From NCBI GenBank assembly GCA_964016885.1, contig OZ024755.1, positions 8,618,001 through 8,682,000 of the forward strand: a stretch of 64,000 nt of DNA. Reading direction: 5' to 3'. The translations under genes and the position numbers were made by a program. This DNA is from Eledone cirrhosa (Eukaryota). Positions 13,861 to 27,820 of the stretch are shown here, one piece after another (positions within the stretch are counted from its first letter, which is position 1; each line of letters opens with the position of its first letter). The notes beneath the pieces are model-generated. The model saw only the letters and a list, made by a program, of their open reading frames with translations, did no database searches and was not told the DNA's origin.

Positions 13861-14399
13861 TCAAATAATGATCTATCGCCTTTAAAAGAGAGAAACACTG
13901 TTTATTTTGTTCATGTCACCAGTATGAAATCAGGTCTACGTTTGAGTGATTTATAAAATAACAATAAATTGATGTTGTTTTTGTTGTTTAACATGAGGTC
14001 AGGCTTACTGGAGCACACTGGTTCATATGATAACTTTCCACATCTCCAAACAACTCTTGGTATATTCGTTGAAGTCTGCTGCAAGATCTTGTGAGACGCA
14101 TTGTTTGGGTGACAAAGAGTAGGCAAGGCATGGTGTCAACTTATTTAAAGCTCAATGCCAACAATAACGGCAATATTTCGTCGCTTTACAAATAACAGCC
14201 CAATCTCCTCAAACCACACACTTGTGATTTAAATAAGAAATGTTATATATATATATATAATCTGAGTTTTTCGAATATTAATAATAACATTCGATTCGTT
14301 TGCAATTTTGAAAACAAGCCTCAATTTTATAGCCATGTCAGTAGAATGAACACTTCATTCTTGCTCTTGTGTTGGCTTGCCAACAGAACTGCAGACAAT

Positions 14400-14427
14400 A
14401 ATGTTTCTGGGTATCACCCTTCATCAG
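14400..14427 (-). ncRNA. Hammerhead core remnant (stem I lost)
   Basis: Minus strand CTGATGA-A GGGT GAT ACCC A-GAAACATT; flanks do not pair. Confidence 0.4.
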
Positions 14428-14765
14428 TACAGCTCACTGTTCACCTGCCAAACTGTCAGAGCTACTGAAAATATATGCTATTTGCAAAAATACACAGTGA
14501 CTGATCGGCCTGATTTGCATATTAGCAGACTGGCTGATCAGTCAGATCTGCATATTAGCAGATCCACTGATCAGCCACAAGATCAAGAATGAAGGGTTCA
14601 TTCTACTTACATGGCTATAAAATTGAGGCTAGTTTGCAAAGTTGCAAACGACTCGAATGTTATTATTAATATTCGAAAAACTCAGATTACATTTATTGTA
14701 TTCAGCCATGTAGAGCGAAATTTTCTTTTCTATATATATACATATATATACATATATATATATAC

Positions 14766-14848
<83 letters not shown>

Positions 14849-15118
14849 GTCATGTATATAATATATCAGGTTCAAAAGGTTGTTGTCTATGGCTTTAATT
14901 CTTTGATAATTGTTCTATTCAAACAGAGATAAACTGAGGCTGAAAGACAATCTCTATATTGTCACTCAAATCCACATGACAGTCTGCAAAAAATGTTTTA
15001 TAAATTGTGTTCCTTTATAAACAAGGACAATATATTTTTGAATAGTATCTGACCCAATAAAAGAAAATATACATATTCATGAAAGAAACTTGCAATGTAC
15101 TTACACTTCTTGATTCAG

Positions 15119-15298
15119 CCCACACAATATATTCCCGGATATGCGCACGGAATCGGCATACTGTTTTATGGGTTATTAGTTATAACAATTGCTTGTATTT
15201 TCCTAAGAAGAAAAGACTCAACAAAGGAAATCAAATGTTTTATGAACCTTCTGGACAAAATGGCGAATGCATTACCCTCGAGGAGTAATTATTCTTAA
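15119..15298 (+). CDS. Candidate terminal exon encoding a TM helix and short cytoplasmic tail
   Basis: Acceptor acacttcttgattcag; PTQYIPGYAHGIGILFYGLLVITIACIFL-RRK-DSTKEIKCFMNLLDKMANALPSRSNYS*; 19-residue hydrophobic run followed by basic residues. Confidence 0.45.
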   Translation, partial: PTQYIPGYAHGIGILFYGLLVITIACIFLRRKDSTKEIKCFMNLLDKMANALPSRSNYS

Positions 15299-15903
15299 TG
15301 AAATCACGCAACGTTATTAAAATATAGTTGAGCGCCATGATAACATTAATTAGTTTACATCTCTAGCGAAATAGAGGCCGAACAATGCACTTGATCTGAA
15401 AATACGAACACATGACTCTTTAGGTGGTCATTTAAGCTACTAGAAAGACATACTAAATTACTCTAAAATAACAAACTGCCGACATAGGAATTGACGAATT
15501 GAATAATGAGGTCTCGTGTGTCTCATACGAATATTTCAAAAGACGGGATGGTTACGGTTTTCTTTCATATATCTGATATCAATAAATTAAAGTACCAGTA
15601 AAATACTGGGGTAGATTAAATCGTCTCCTCCTGATTCCCAAACTGATTGGCCTCGTGTCTAAATTAGAAACCATATATCAATGACAATTCTAAAAGAACA
15701 GGAACACAATAATACAATAAACACATCCGAAATGTATTATCCGGTTGATGAGTAATGACTCACTCCTCTGCGCATGAACGAACATATTGGTTGTTCCTGC
15801 TTTCAATTTCTTCTATTTCAGTTACAATAGTTCCTTGTTCCTGTTTGTCTTAACTAACAAACTGTATATCATCTCCACCAAACACACCTGTCGCACCATC
15901 CTC

Positions 15904-15953
15904 TCTTCTTCTTCTTCTTCTTCTTCTTCTTCTTCTTCTTCTTCTTCTTCTTC
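15904..15953. repeat. (TTC)n microsatellite
   Basis: Perfect TTC run; another at 48163-48246. Confidence 0.95.
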
Positions 15954-17055
15954 AAATTATCTTTTCTATGACTCACTTTCACAGCTTCACACTAAACACT
16001 TCAGTGATTCGTTCCTCAACATAAATTCTATCCTCTGGAATTCCATCTTTGTTGGTATTGGTAGAACAGTGTGTGTGTGTGTGGGTGTGGTGGGGGATTG
16101 GATTAATTTATTGACGTATGGGCGTTGTCAGAAGTTTAGCGCTCTGATATAGATTGATATAATAGAACAGGCAAAACACTTAACATTATGTGTAAAAAGA
16201 GTTAAAAACTCATAGACAATAATTTCGCTGAAACTGTTAGCTTTGCCGGATGTTGACTAAAAATAGCCAGGTAATATGAAATTGTAAAGTAATTACGAAG
16301 TCAGAGACAACGATGACACAAACAGGATGTGTGTTTATTGATTCATGGTGTAATTGCTTTTCGAAAAGTTTTATTTCTATTTCATTATTACGAGTTGCTA
16401 TCGGCTGACGTTATCAGAGAATCAGGCATGTGACACGTAACCACAGAATCAAACACGTGACTATTGTTTCAGACAGCAGACATGGATAACGAGAGAGGTA
16501 TTTCATTGTTTTTGAAACTGGTGATGAAATATAGCCATTGATAGGCCTTGCAATAATTCATAAATTCATCTTCTTTCTAACTTCCTTTCTTTCTATTTTT
16601 CTGTTTGTCTGTCTGCCTTACATTTTTCTCTCCCTCTCTCTCACCTGTAATCATACTACTGCAATCCAATATGATTGAAATACTTTCCTGCAATTAAATC
16701 GCCTAACATTTTTTAACATTTTCATTTGGTTATACCTTGTTTATGACCTCATTAAGAATAAAATAGAAACAAATTAATATAAATTGAAATACGGGAATCC
16801 AATAATTCGAAACTTTTTTTCTCCCTTCTCTTATACGACGAGTGTCACTAACCACCAAATCAACCAACCAGCCAACCAATCAAAATATAAGTAAAATTAT
16901 AATTGTAGTCACCGAAGGTCAATCCTATTTCCACTTGCGCGGTTCAAATTTCAATTGTTATTAGTAATTTTCCTTTCCATTATTGGAATTTTTTCTAGAG
17001 AGAAAATCTTGTAAAGTTCATCTCAGTAGTGTAACGTTGGGAAATACATGTTAAG

Positions 17056-17645
17056 TATATTTTAGATAATACAGTGGCCTTTATTTGGTCTTTCCTTGTT
17101 AGATACTATTATATTTCTAGATAATACAGTTGGTCTTTATAGGGTCTTTCCTTGTTAGATATTAGTATATTTTAGATAATACAGTGGCCTTTATCTGGTC
17201 TTTCCTTGTTAGATATTAGTATATTTTAGATAATACAGTGGTCTTTATCTAGTCTTTCCTTGTTAGATATTAGTATATTTCTAGATAATACAGTGGTCTT
17301 TATCTAGTCTTTCCTTGTTAGATATTAGTATATTTTAGATAATACAGTGGCCTTTATCTGGTCTTTCCTTGTTAGATATTAGTATATTTTAGATAATACA
17401 GTGGTCTTTATCTAGTCTTTCCTTGTTAGATATTAGTATATTTCTAGATAATACAGTGGCCTTTATCTGGTCTTTCCTTGTTAGATATTAGTATATTTTA
17501 GATAATACAGTGGTCTTTATCGGGTCTTTCCTAGTTAGGTACTAGTATATTTCTAGATAATAGAGTTGGTCTTTTTCGGGTCTTCCTTTCTTAGATACTA
17601 GTATATTTATAGATGATACAGTGGTCTTTATCTGGTCTTTCCTTA
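17056..17645. repeat. Minisatellite, 54-56 bp unit, about 11 copies
   Basis: Unit tatattttagataatacagtggcctttatctggtctttccttgttagatattag, head-to-tail with no spacers. Confidence 0.95.
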
Positions 17646-17947
17646 GTCTTTGTATTGTTTTAATGTAATAGAATAGACGAATGGTGATAATTATGTTGTC
17701 CAGAGATCAACATGTCAACATTACACCACCACGAACATATTAACACCAATATCACCTACATAATATCAACACCTCAGATATCTTAAAAACTCTAGCAATA
17801 GAACAGCAACAACAACAATATTATAACAAGATCTGTATAAAAACTACCCCACGAATATATAAACTATGTCAACGTAATTAAAACAAAGTAACAACACTAC
17901 CATAACACACAACATAACATCACGAACATAACAACACCATCATAGAC

Positions 17948-18149
17948 CACAAGGCCAGTGATTTAGGGGGAGGAGAAAGTCGATTAAATCGACCCCAGTA
18001 CATTAGTGGTGCTTTATTTTATCAACTCCGTAATGATGAAAAGCATAGTTAACCTCGGCGGGATTTGAACGCAGATCGTAAAGGGCCGTAACTCTATGCT
18101 GCAAAGCACGGTGTCCGACTCTCTATCGATACTGCCAATCCACTGCCCT
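17948..18149 (-). mobile_element. tRNA-derived SINE (long subfamily)
   Basis: Reverse copy with ggaggagaaagtcgattaaatcgacccc segment and intact head. Confidence 0.9.
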
Positions 18150-18487
18150 CATATAACAAATATAATAACAACGCCACGAACATAACAACGACGTAAAATC
18201 ATATCCAATATAGGATCTACGAGGCCAGCATAACACCACCACCACTAACAACTCGGAAAAAACTTCAACAACAACACAGGATTCTCAGTCGAGGTATTGT
18301 TGATTTATTTAATCAGTGTTACGACTCAAGAGGTTGAATAATTGAATGAATAGATAATTATTTATCTAAGGATGTTATCTAGACGTTGGCTGCGGGCCTT
18401 CACAATCACGTGCTTTCTGGTCCAGAGCTTCAACAAATGTATTTCACTATAGCCTCATGCTGGTAGATGGAAACTGTATTGAAGACC

Positions 18488-18546
<59 letters not shown>

Positions 18547-18549
<3 letters not shown>

Positions 18550-18724
18550 CGACGGAATTGTGGTAAGGAACCAGATGTACCATAACGCACCAGAGTACTG
18601 AATACTTAGGGTAGTAGAGTGGGAAATAGGAAAAAGTATGACCCCGACGACAGAGCTCAAAATAGTCCAGAAATAGCCGTCGAAACCGCTTGAGCTCTGC
18701 CGTCGGGGTCATACTTTTTTCCTA
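18547..18724 (-). mobile_element. Family A fold-back short element
   Basis: Family body plus hairpin taggaaaaagtatgaccccgacg..cgtcggggtcatactttttccta; flanked by TA. Confidence 0.9.
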
Positions 18725-18769
18725 TATATATATAATGGTATTCAATACAATATATATGTGTGTGTGTAT

Positions 18770-18916
18770 CCCGGGTTTAATCGGGGGCAACCATAGTAAG
18801 TAAGGTACTCAATACACAGCAGGGTATAACATTTTAATATGGAAATGGTTTCTACAGGACTTGAACTGTTTCCTTCGAGGGAAATCATCGAATGAAACAG
18901 TTCTAATCCTGTAGAA

Positions 18917-18921
<5 letters not shown>
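18770..18921 (-). mobile_element. Family C fold-back short element with partial hammerhead core
   Basis: Hairpin 18845-18921; minus strand reads GATGA-TTTC CCTC GAAG-GAA-ACAGT-T-CAAGTCC, then gtattgagtac..ctatggt as in family A. Confidence 0.65.
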
Positions 18922-19012
<91 letters not shown>

Positions 19013-19466
19013 GAGAGAGAGAGATAATGTGTACGTTTTTGTGTTCATGACTGTTTATGTTTTCTGTTGGTTTATATCCCGAAATGTAATGGTTCGATAA
19101 ATGAATCGATATAAAAATATACCAAGCAGGAACAAATTCGAACTGGGATCAATATGACCCACTATATTTTTCCAAAGCTGCAGTCTAACATTTCAAGCCA
19201 GTGAAAGAAAATAATAATGGCTTAACGGAGACTCTAAATGTTCAGTCTACTTTGTATCTCTTCATTGGACCGAATATAAATGAAAATAGACCCACAAACG
19301 ATGAAATACTAATTATATAAAATACTGGTAGATGTATCATATCACTTCCTTATTAGGTTTTCTGTTTCTGTTTAGCTCTTCTACTCATCAACCTCTGTGT
19401 ATAGAGATGTAAACTAGTGACTCTTCTGAACCAACAGTGGTCCAACAAATTGGTAGGCAGTTTTAT

Positions 19467-19790
19467 GAAGGCGCGTAACTCAGTGGTTAAAACGTTAGAT
19501 TTTCGGCAGCACATTGTGATCTTCAACAAATCATTTTATTTGGCATTGTTCCTGTCCACTCACCTAACAAAAATGAATGTTACTTGTGATTCAAAATGAG
19601 CCAAAGTTGTGATACAAATGGTTAGCTTAGTCCCGCACTATATCATGCATAATTACTCTGAGAATTACATAATGTGTATACATGTCCGTAGACTGCTCAG
19701 ACACTTGTACGTTAATTTTACATGTCAGTTGTTCTAATTTTCCTAACTGAGGTTTACAAACATTGTCGGAAATGACAGAAGTTTAATACA
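19467..19790 (+). mobile_element. Degenerate SINE of a second tRNA-derived family
   Basis: aaggcgcgtaactcagtggtta head similar to 61052-61170; 3' part resembles segments near 39.7-39.9, 41.1-41.3, 49.55-49.7 and 63.4-63.6 kb. Confidence 0.5.
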
Positions 19791-20078
19791 TTAAAATGTG
19801 GTTTCATGTGTTTTAGTATCTGTTTGATGAGCTATTGTGAATTTGTCTCTTGTCGTCGTAGCGTCACGGAATCTGAATCTATGCAACAATGTTTTAGTTG
19901 AATGATAAGATAAACAATCTAATTTTATTAACAAACATGGGTGTGGAATCTGATATACAAATGCGTTCTGCTGTTATGTCAATATTTGAATAAACAGTAA
20001 CAAGTGTACGGGAACCAATGAACAGTGTATCTGTCATTCTCTTACTTTTCATGTTTATTCATAATAGTATGGCCAATA

Positions 20079-20186
<108 letters not shown>

Positions 20187-22406
20187 TTCTCTAGCGCGCT
20201 CTCTCTCTCTCTCTCTAGCTCTCTAGCTCTAGCTCTCTCTTTCTCGTTCTCTTCTATACCATGTTTCTCACTCTTTCTTGCACATATACATACACACACT
20301 AATACTCACAGTCAATATGGTGTTGAACTCAAGACCAGGGGGTTGTAGGTTTGATTTTCCGAAACAGGCAACATATTTTTTTCCTTCATCAAGGCACTCT
20401 ATTTCACGATGTTACAGTGCACTGGGCTGAAAACAATTAGTATCAGCGACAACTATGGTTAGCCCCTATAATCGATTTGTATAGGGTTTAAAGGGAGTCA
20501 TTTTACATTATAATTCGGTCTTCGTTCTTTAAAACATAAGGGATGACTCCCATGAGATGCAATATGGTAAGCGGCCACTTAAAGAAGTGAGAATTGTAAC
20601 AGGAACAACACCACAATAGGACTGAAGATCCTATCATTGAAATGCCCGAGAAACCTTCAATGATATATAACCTAATAGGCAGCCAGCTAAACCCCCATAG
20701 GTTTAAAAACAATAACCACATATTACTTCTCCATATTGCTGAACGATATATGGTTGTGAAAAGAACTTGGTTGCGTGTGTTTGTATAGAATGTAATAGCT
20801 CACATAGTCATTGATTTAGTCAAATAAATGAACTATTATATATGAAAACACGTGCTCCAAATAGTTAGCAGCCTGCTTTGCATCTTACATTCTCTGTCTT
20901 AATCCATTTATACGTAACCATGGTAAGAAATTTCCAGACATATACTGCGTCAATGAACGAAATATACAATAGTCTTGAATATATTTATTTTCATAAAATA
21001 ATTACTCCTAATTTAGTCTATTTCCAATGAAAAGATTTTCTGCTTTTAGTTAATCATGACCAGATAAGTTTAGAAAAAAAAAGTGTACTAAATATAAGAA
21101 ATAACAAAAACGACTTCTTTATACTTATTTCATTTGTTCTATTCTAAAATTCTTAAAATAATCGCAGGGGTGTAATAATATGAAAGAGAGAAAACAGTAA
21201 ACAGAGAAAACAAAAATAAAAAAAATCTCCGAATTTACGACCATTTCAATATTAAATGAATCTTGAAGAAGAAGAAGAAGAAGAAGATTCTATTTTAGAG
21301 AAGCTTATTCACGACCAAAGCTAGATTTATGGCTATTTATAGAAACCTAGACTAAATACTAGATAGAAACTAAATAGGAATGAACACTACTATTCTACAA
21401 TGCCTTACTCAATAAAAGCATGGGGCTTTTTTTTTCAAGCGACTACATCAAAGAAATAAAATCTATGAAGATGCCAAAAAATAAATTCTAAATAAAAAAT
21501 AATAGAATGTTTAGTTCAAAGATCCCTTTTATATCTCAATCCTAGAATTCAAGGCATAAGATTCAATTATATTGCAATAATATATTTAATATTTATTTTA
21601 TTTCTACATTCACTGCGAGCTAGCCTTTGATCAGATTATTAACCATGTGCAGACCAAAGCAATTTCAAATGTTCGTTGGACTTGAATACGGTGTATATAT
21701 TATCGACGCGTTGAAAAAATTTATCTGTTCCTTTACTGATCATTTTTGTTTCTTATTGATTGTGTTAGAATTTCTTATCATAGCTTAAAATGGCGGACCT
21801 TTTGAAACCAGTTTGTGAAGTAATTACAATCATTCTTTTGCAAATCTAATAATAAACAGTCTTATCGATATCACTGTTAAATATTAATTCCTGCTGTTTA
21901 TAGTCACTAGTGTTACATCACATATCATATATACACACATACACACATATATATTTACATACACATATCTATATACAGACACACACATGCACTCATATAT
22001 GCAAACGCTATTGTCCATCATGAGCATCTCACCGACGAATCTTCAATGAAATTCCGATCGGATTAAAGTGATACCCAGTTTTATTGAAATAGTGTAATAT
22101 CAGGCATTTGCTTTGAAGATATTAACTTCACATTTGTTGCTCATCTATATACATACACACATAGACACAGTATATATATATATGTGTGTGTGTCTGTGTG
22201 TGTGTCTGGCTGCCTCTGTGTGTGTGTGTGTGTGTGTGTATAAACTATCTGAGGAACATTTTATAAGCTCGGCAAACTCCACTGTGATATGTAACTATAT
22301 CAGTTCGTATATTTGTATAAAATGTACTAAATAAGCCATGGGGATGTGGATATCTTGCTGTTTTTGGCAGGAGTCTTACTTGAACACACATTCACTCACA
22401 CACACA

Positions 22407-22454
<48 letters not shown>

Positions 22455-23969
22455 GCGCGGTCCATCCGACAAGGGTGCCCTCTCTCCTCCCTTCTGTATG
22501 TGTTGACTCTCGAGCCACTACTGCGGAAGTTGGAGTTGTTGCAGGGCATCCCTTTGGAACCGGGATTGCGGAAAGCGGTGTCGGCCTACGCCGATGACGT
22601 GACAGTAATGGTGTCGACGGCCTCCGAAATCGAGGCGGTCGGCACCTTACTGGAGGAGTACGAAAAGTTCACAGGGGCTAAGCTGAACCGGGACAAGTCG
22701 ATCGGTTTGCAACTCGGCACGTGGAGGGGCAGACCGATGCCCTCCGATAGCGTCGTCGGACGCTGGACGGAGGGCCCGGTGAAGTTGCTCGGGGTCTGGT
22801 TCGGACCGGACCTCCAGGTGGAGAAAAACTGGGCGGAGGTTACGAACAGGGTGTTTGCACTGACCCAGAAGTGGGCCAGTTGCAAACTATCCCTGAAAGG
22901 CCGGGCGGAGGTGGCGAACACCTACATAGCGTCCGTCATCTACTACCGCCTGACCGTAGTGCCCTGCCCAAGGGAAACCCTCACCAAGATGGAGCGCGCG
23001 CTCTTCCAATTCCTTTGGAAGAGGCGGGCTCCTATGGTGAGGAGATCCATCTGCTGTCAACACCCTTCGAAAGGAGGGCTGGGGATGCCGTGGCTAATGA
23101 TGCGTAAACACGCATTAAGGCTACGGCACCTCTACGTATTCCTCACCGGACAACCGGTGTGGGCCTCGTTTGTGAGACGAACCTTTCCCAGACTCGTCTC
23201 ACTCACCGAGCTGCAATCCTGGGTCAAGCAAAGACCGAGAAAACTGGGCGCCTGGCACACTGAGTGTGCCCAGGCGCTCACCGCCCTCTGGCAGGCGGAT
23301 CCGGTTATCAGTGGAGACTCCACCGCAACATTCTATAGAGGGCTGGTACGCAGCAGGTGCGACGACGCCCTCGGAGAAGCCCTAGACATGGAGGAGGACG
23401 AACTGGCCAGCCTGTTCGGTAGGACATTCAGCCCGGGACCTATGGACAACTTCCAGAAGTCCCTGGCCTGGCAGTGCTACCGAGGGGCTTTACCCGTTCG
23501 AGAAAGGCTCTACAGACACGGGCGCCCGGGTAGGGACCCCGCCAAAAAGATCTGTCCCAGATGCGTGTGCGACGAGGAAACCGTTGCACACGCATTAGTA
23601 CACTGCTCGGGCGTAGCCGATCTGTGGGGCTATGTCGAACAACTGCTGTCAAGGGTGGGACCGATCCGGTTGACCACCGAGTCTATTGTAATGATCAAGC
23701 CGCCTCCCCCCTTCAAAGATGAAGCAGAGGCGGTGTTTCTGTGCGTAATAGCCATGGCGAAAGAGGTTGTATGGTGGACGCGTCTGAAAGGACTGAGGTC
23801 GGGCACCTTTCTCTCTGGCCAACAACTGGTCCGTTTCTTCCGATATCATTTCGGAAGAAGGATCAGGATGGAGAGAGAGGTGCTGCACCCCAGCCGTTTC
23901 TATGAAAGATGGGTGAAAGTGGCGAGAATGGCCCGTGTGAATGGGCCTTCACTCTACATCAGACTATAG
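22455..23969 (+). CDS. LINE ORF2 fragment: RT C-terminal half plus zf-RVT; no internal stops
   Basis: Motifs RQGCPLS, AYADD, GAKLNRDKS, KLLGVWF, LSLKGRA, KGGLGMP, CPRC..ETVAHALVHC; element start missing. Confidence 0.92.
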   Translation, partial: ARSIRQGCPLSSLLYVLTLEPLLRKLELLQGIPLEPGLRKAVSAYADDVTVMVSTASEIEAVGTLLEEYEKFTGAKLNRDKSIGLQLGTWRGRPMPSDSVVGRWTEGPVKLLGVWFGPDLQVEKNWAEVTNRVFALTQKWASCKLSLKGRAEVANTYIASVIYYRLTVVPCPRETLTKMERALFQFLWKRRAPMVRRSICCQHPSKGGLGMPWLMMRKHALRLRHLYVFLTGQPVWASFVRRTFPRLVSLTELQSWVKQRPRKLGAWHTECAQALTALWQADPVISGDSTATFYRGLVRSRCDDALGEALDMEEDELASLFGRTFSPGPMDNFQKSLAWQCYRGALPVRERLYRHGRPGRDPAKKICPRCVCDEETVAHALVHCSGVADLWGYVEQLLSRVGPIRLTTESIVMIKPPPPFKDEAEAVFLCVIAMAKEVVWWTRLKGLRSGTFLSGQQLVRFFRYHFGRRIRMEREVLHPSRFYERWVKVARMARVNGPSLYIRL

Positions 23970-24232
23970 GTGAGGAAGATGAAAGACCAAGGGAGCACCC
24001 CTTCTCTGTGCTCCTGAGGAGAAGGGTTGCACACTTTTTTCGGGGGTGTGTGCGACCCCCCAAGGCGCCTCCTCTCTATTGAGGATTTTGTTAAAAATTT
24101 TATTTTTTGTTATATCTTATTTTATTTTTATATTTTGTTATTGCCTCCTCCTTATTGAGGACGCCTTTTTGTGTAAACTCCCCCCTTTGTACTTGTCCCA
24201 CTTTTGATGCCCTAGTGGCAAATAAAAGAAAT
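22455..24232 (+). mobile_element. 5'-truncated Tx1/L1-clade non-LTR retrotransposon
   Basis: GC-rich island; ORF2 C-terminal part, 3' UTR, AATAAA at 24221-24226; (TATC)n immediately 5' and TATCTATC immediately 3'. Confidence 0.93.
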
Positions 24233-24256
24233 ATATCTATCTATACACACACACAG

Positions 24257-24330
<74 letters not shown>

Positions 24331-24386
24331 GAAAGCGAACGCACAAAACACAGGAGGCATTTGTACACAGTTATATTGGGTTCACG

Positions 24387-24434
<48 letters not shown>

Positions 24435-24534
24435 GTCCGAAACGTTAAGACCCTCATCCTGCTAAATCAAGCGTTAAGCTAATATATCCCTTCCATATAC
24501 TGTACCGATTGTGTTCTTATTTCTCTTTACCTTT

Positions 24535-24589
<55 letters not shown>

Positions 24590-25179
24590 TATCTAAGACT
24601 AGTAAAGATGGGTAAGATGGTGGGTGATATACATAGAAGCAATGGAAGGATAATTAGACCGTAAAGTGATTACAAAGATGTTGTGACTAAGGAAACACAA
24701 ACTCGAAGTTCACTAGATATTTTGTCAACTCAAACCCTTTCTAGTTTCTTCATTATCTCTCATTCTCTCTCCCTTATGTGTTGACAGTGTTTGAGTGTGG
24801 TGGTAGTAAGGTTTGTGTGTTCAAGGCCGCAACTTTGTGATTGCCTATTCGGTATTGTTTGTTTCCTGATATCAGTCGTTCGATGATAGCGATCATGAAA
24901 CCTTCGATTACCGATTATCGATTCACATAGACACAGCTTTGAATCAATATATTATTTCATCCTACATAAAAGTACCAGTAGATTATTTCGCTCAAGTGAA
25001 TTCCACACCACTTTGATACATCCATCCATATTTTATATTCATATACATACATGCATACTTACGTGTACACTCACACACTCTCACACACAGAAACATACAC
25101 TCACAAATACACACAGACACATGCACACATATGCATGCATATATATACATGTACGTATATATGTATATATATGTATACA

Positions 25180-25232
<53 letters not shown>

Positions 25233-25239
25233 TTATATA

Positions 25240-25366
<127 letters not shown>

Positions 25367-25475
25367 TTATATATATATATTTATATATATTTATATATAT
25401 ATATTCATATATATATATATACATCATATATATATACATATATATATATACATATACATATACATATATACGTAC

Positions 25476-25509
<34 letters not shown>

Positions 25510-27030
25510 ATACCCATATACATACATATATATATATATACCCACATACATACATATAGATATATATATATACCCACATACATACATATAGATATATAGA
25601 TATACCCACATACATACATATATATATATAATACACCAGTATTCTCGTTGAATGGTGTATTCTAGAAGTAGTTCTGCATCAGTTGTTTCAAACCAGTGTT
25701 GAAGTTGTACAACCAGTATATACAGAGTATTTAGACTCATTAAATATTTTAACAATATACACTCTTAGTTATATATATGTTATATACTGTATATGTTATA
25801 TATATTTATTTTTATTTGATTTTATTTCAAGTCTAAACATATTCTGCATGTTTGCTTCACTGTAAATCAATCAATTATCCTTCACTTTCTCACTCATATT
25901 GTACGAATCGATGCCTCGGTTACTGCTGCTGCTCCTTTAATGATCTTTTAGTTTTTTTTATTCTTGTTTTTTATTGTTTTTCCTCTCTTACTAAATGCAT
26001 TGCAATTACTACAACTACTACTACTACTACTACTACTACTACACCCACTATTTCTAATAGTACCACATCTACTATTAGATACTACCATATCTACTACTAT
26101 TACTACTACCACCACCACTGTTGCTTCTACTATTACTACTACATGAAAGACCTATATAGACTCTAATCGTCTGCTCGATCTTCTAGAAAAGGCAGTCATT
26201 TTAATTCAAATCCTACCCTACGATCTTTAAAAAGAACTCATTTGATAATATAGTCTGGATTCACCATTGTCCAATACAATTTGATGAGAATGTCGGAAAG
26301 CTTGTATTGTAGATGACATATACCTTCTATTATACAACCTAATAACCCAGTAACAACTGAATCAACTTATGTCGTTTTACATAATTAAACTAACGAAAGG
26401 AGCTGATCCTTAGCAACTACATTTCCGTAAGCTTTCCATTGTTGATACAATCTGCCACACACACCTCCTGGCAGGATACAGGAATTGAACTCAGAGTGCA
26501 GGGAGCAGGAATAAATATCGAAAGCAACCTATCTGCCTCTTTAATAATACTGCCAATTCATCGCCCCTGGATCAATACTTTACTTATCAACTCTGAAACG
26601 ATTAAATGCAAAGTTAACTCTGGTGAAATTTGAACTCAGAGGGCAGCATAGACTAGAGTAGTCACAATAGCCAAAGCATCTTTCCTTGTAAGGTTTCAAT
26701 CTCGCCATCACTCCGTGTCTTTAAAAATAGGCTGTAATTCTGACATGAAATACTATTAAATATGATGCAATGAAGCAAAATTCTGTTTTTCTTTTGTCGC
26801 GTTATCATTATTTCTAACTTGCATCGTACAGGGGTCCATAAAACTATGTTTACCGGCAATAATGATAATAATAATAAATATAAAACATTCAGATAAGAAT
26901 AATGTCCCAGGGCAACATTTTAAAGAGCAGAATATCCATTAAAACTGTAAGTTATATTAGATAAGTCATAAACGTAGAAGAAACACATACTTATAGACAC
27001 TTATGATTAATGAACCAGATATAGCACAGT

Positions 27031-27167
<137 letters not shown>

Positions 27168-27318
27168 ATATATATATATATGTATGTATATATATATATA
27201 TATGTATGTATATATATATATATATGTGTATATATATATATATGTATGTATATATATATATATATGTGTATATATATATATATATATGTATGTATATATA
27301 TATATATATGTATATATG

Positions 27319-27371
<53 letters not shown>

Positions 27372-27640
27372 TATATATATAAGAGTATAGAGACATTGTA
27401 CAGCACATACAAATAATAGGATATCTATTAGCAATGGGTATTATAAATGTTTTATATTAATACTTAAAACACATATATAATAAGGTAATAATATTTCTTA
27501 ACAAAAGCAATAACATTTTCTGTCTCTGGGGAAGCCAAAGGGTTTCCAACGTTGACTTATGTAACACAGTCGTGAGGGTTAGTAAAATGGGAGATACAAT
27601 GAGAGAAACTGTGGAAATTAATTTTACAAGGTTTACATAT

Positions 27641-27820
27641 AATTGTTTCTACTTTTGGCACAAGGCCAACAATTGCCCAGTACATTACTGTGCTATATTT
27701 TATCGACTCCGTAAGGATGAAAGGCAAAGTTAACCTCGGTGGGATTTGAACTTAGAATGGCAAGGGCAGTAACTCTATGCGTCAAAGCAAGGTGTCCGAC
27801 CCTCTACCAATACTGCCAAT
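27641..27820 (-). mobile_element. tRNA-derived SINE (short subfamily)
   Basis: Reverse copy; 12-bp TSD TTACATATAATT at 27633-27644 and 27820-27831. Confidence 0.92.

Noticed and set aside
17056-17645. CRISPR-like regular array
   Set aside because: Head-to-tail units with no unique spacers, no cas genes, eukaryotic context.
22338-22454. N-terminus (MGMW..YLSIYLSI) of the 543-aa ORF as a real start
   Set aside because: Chance read-through of flanking DNA and (TATC)n into a 5'-truncated LINE.
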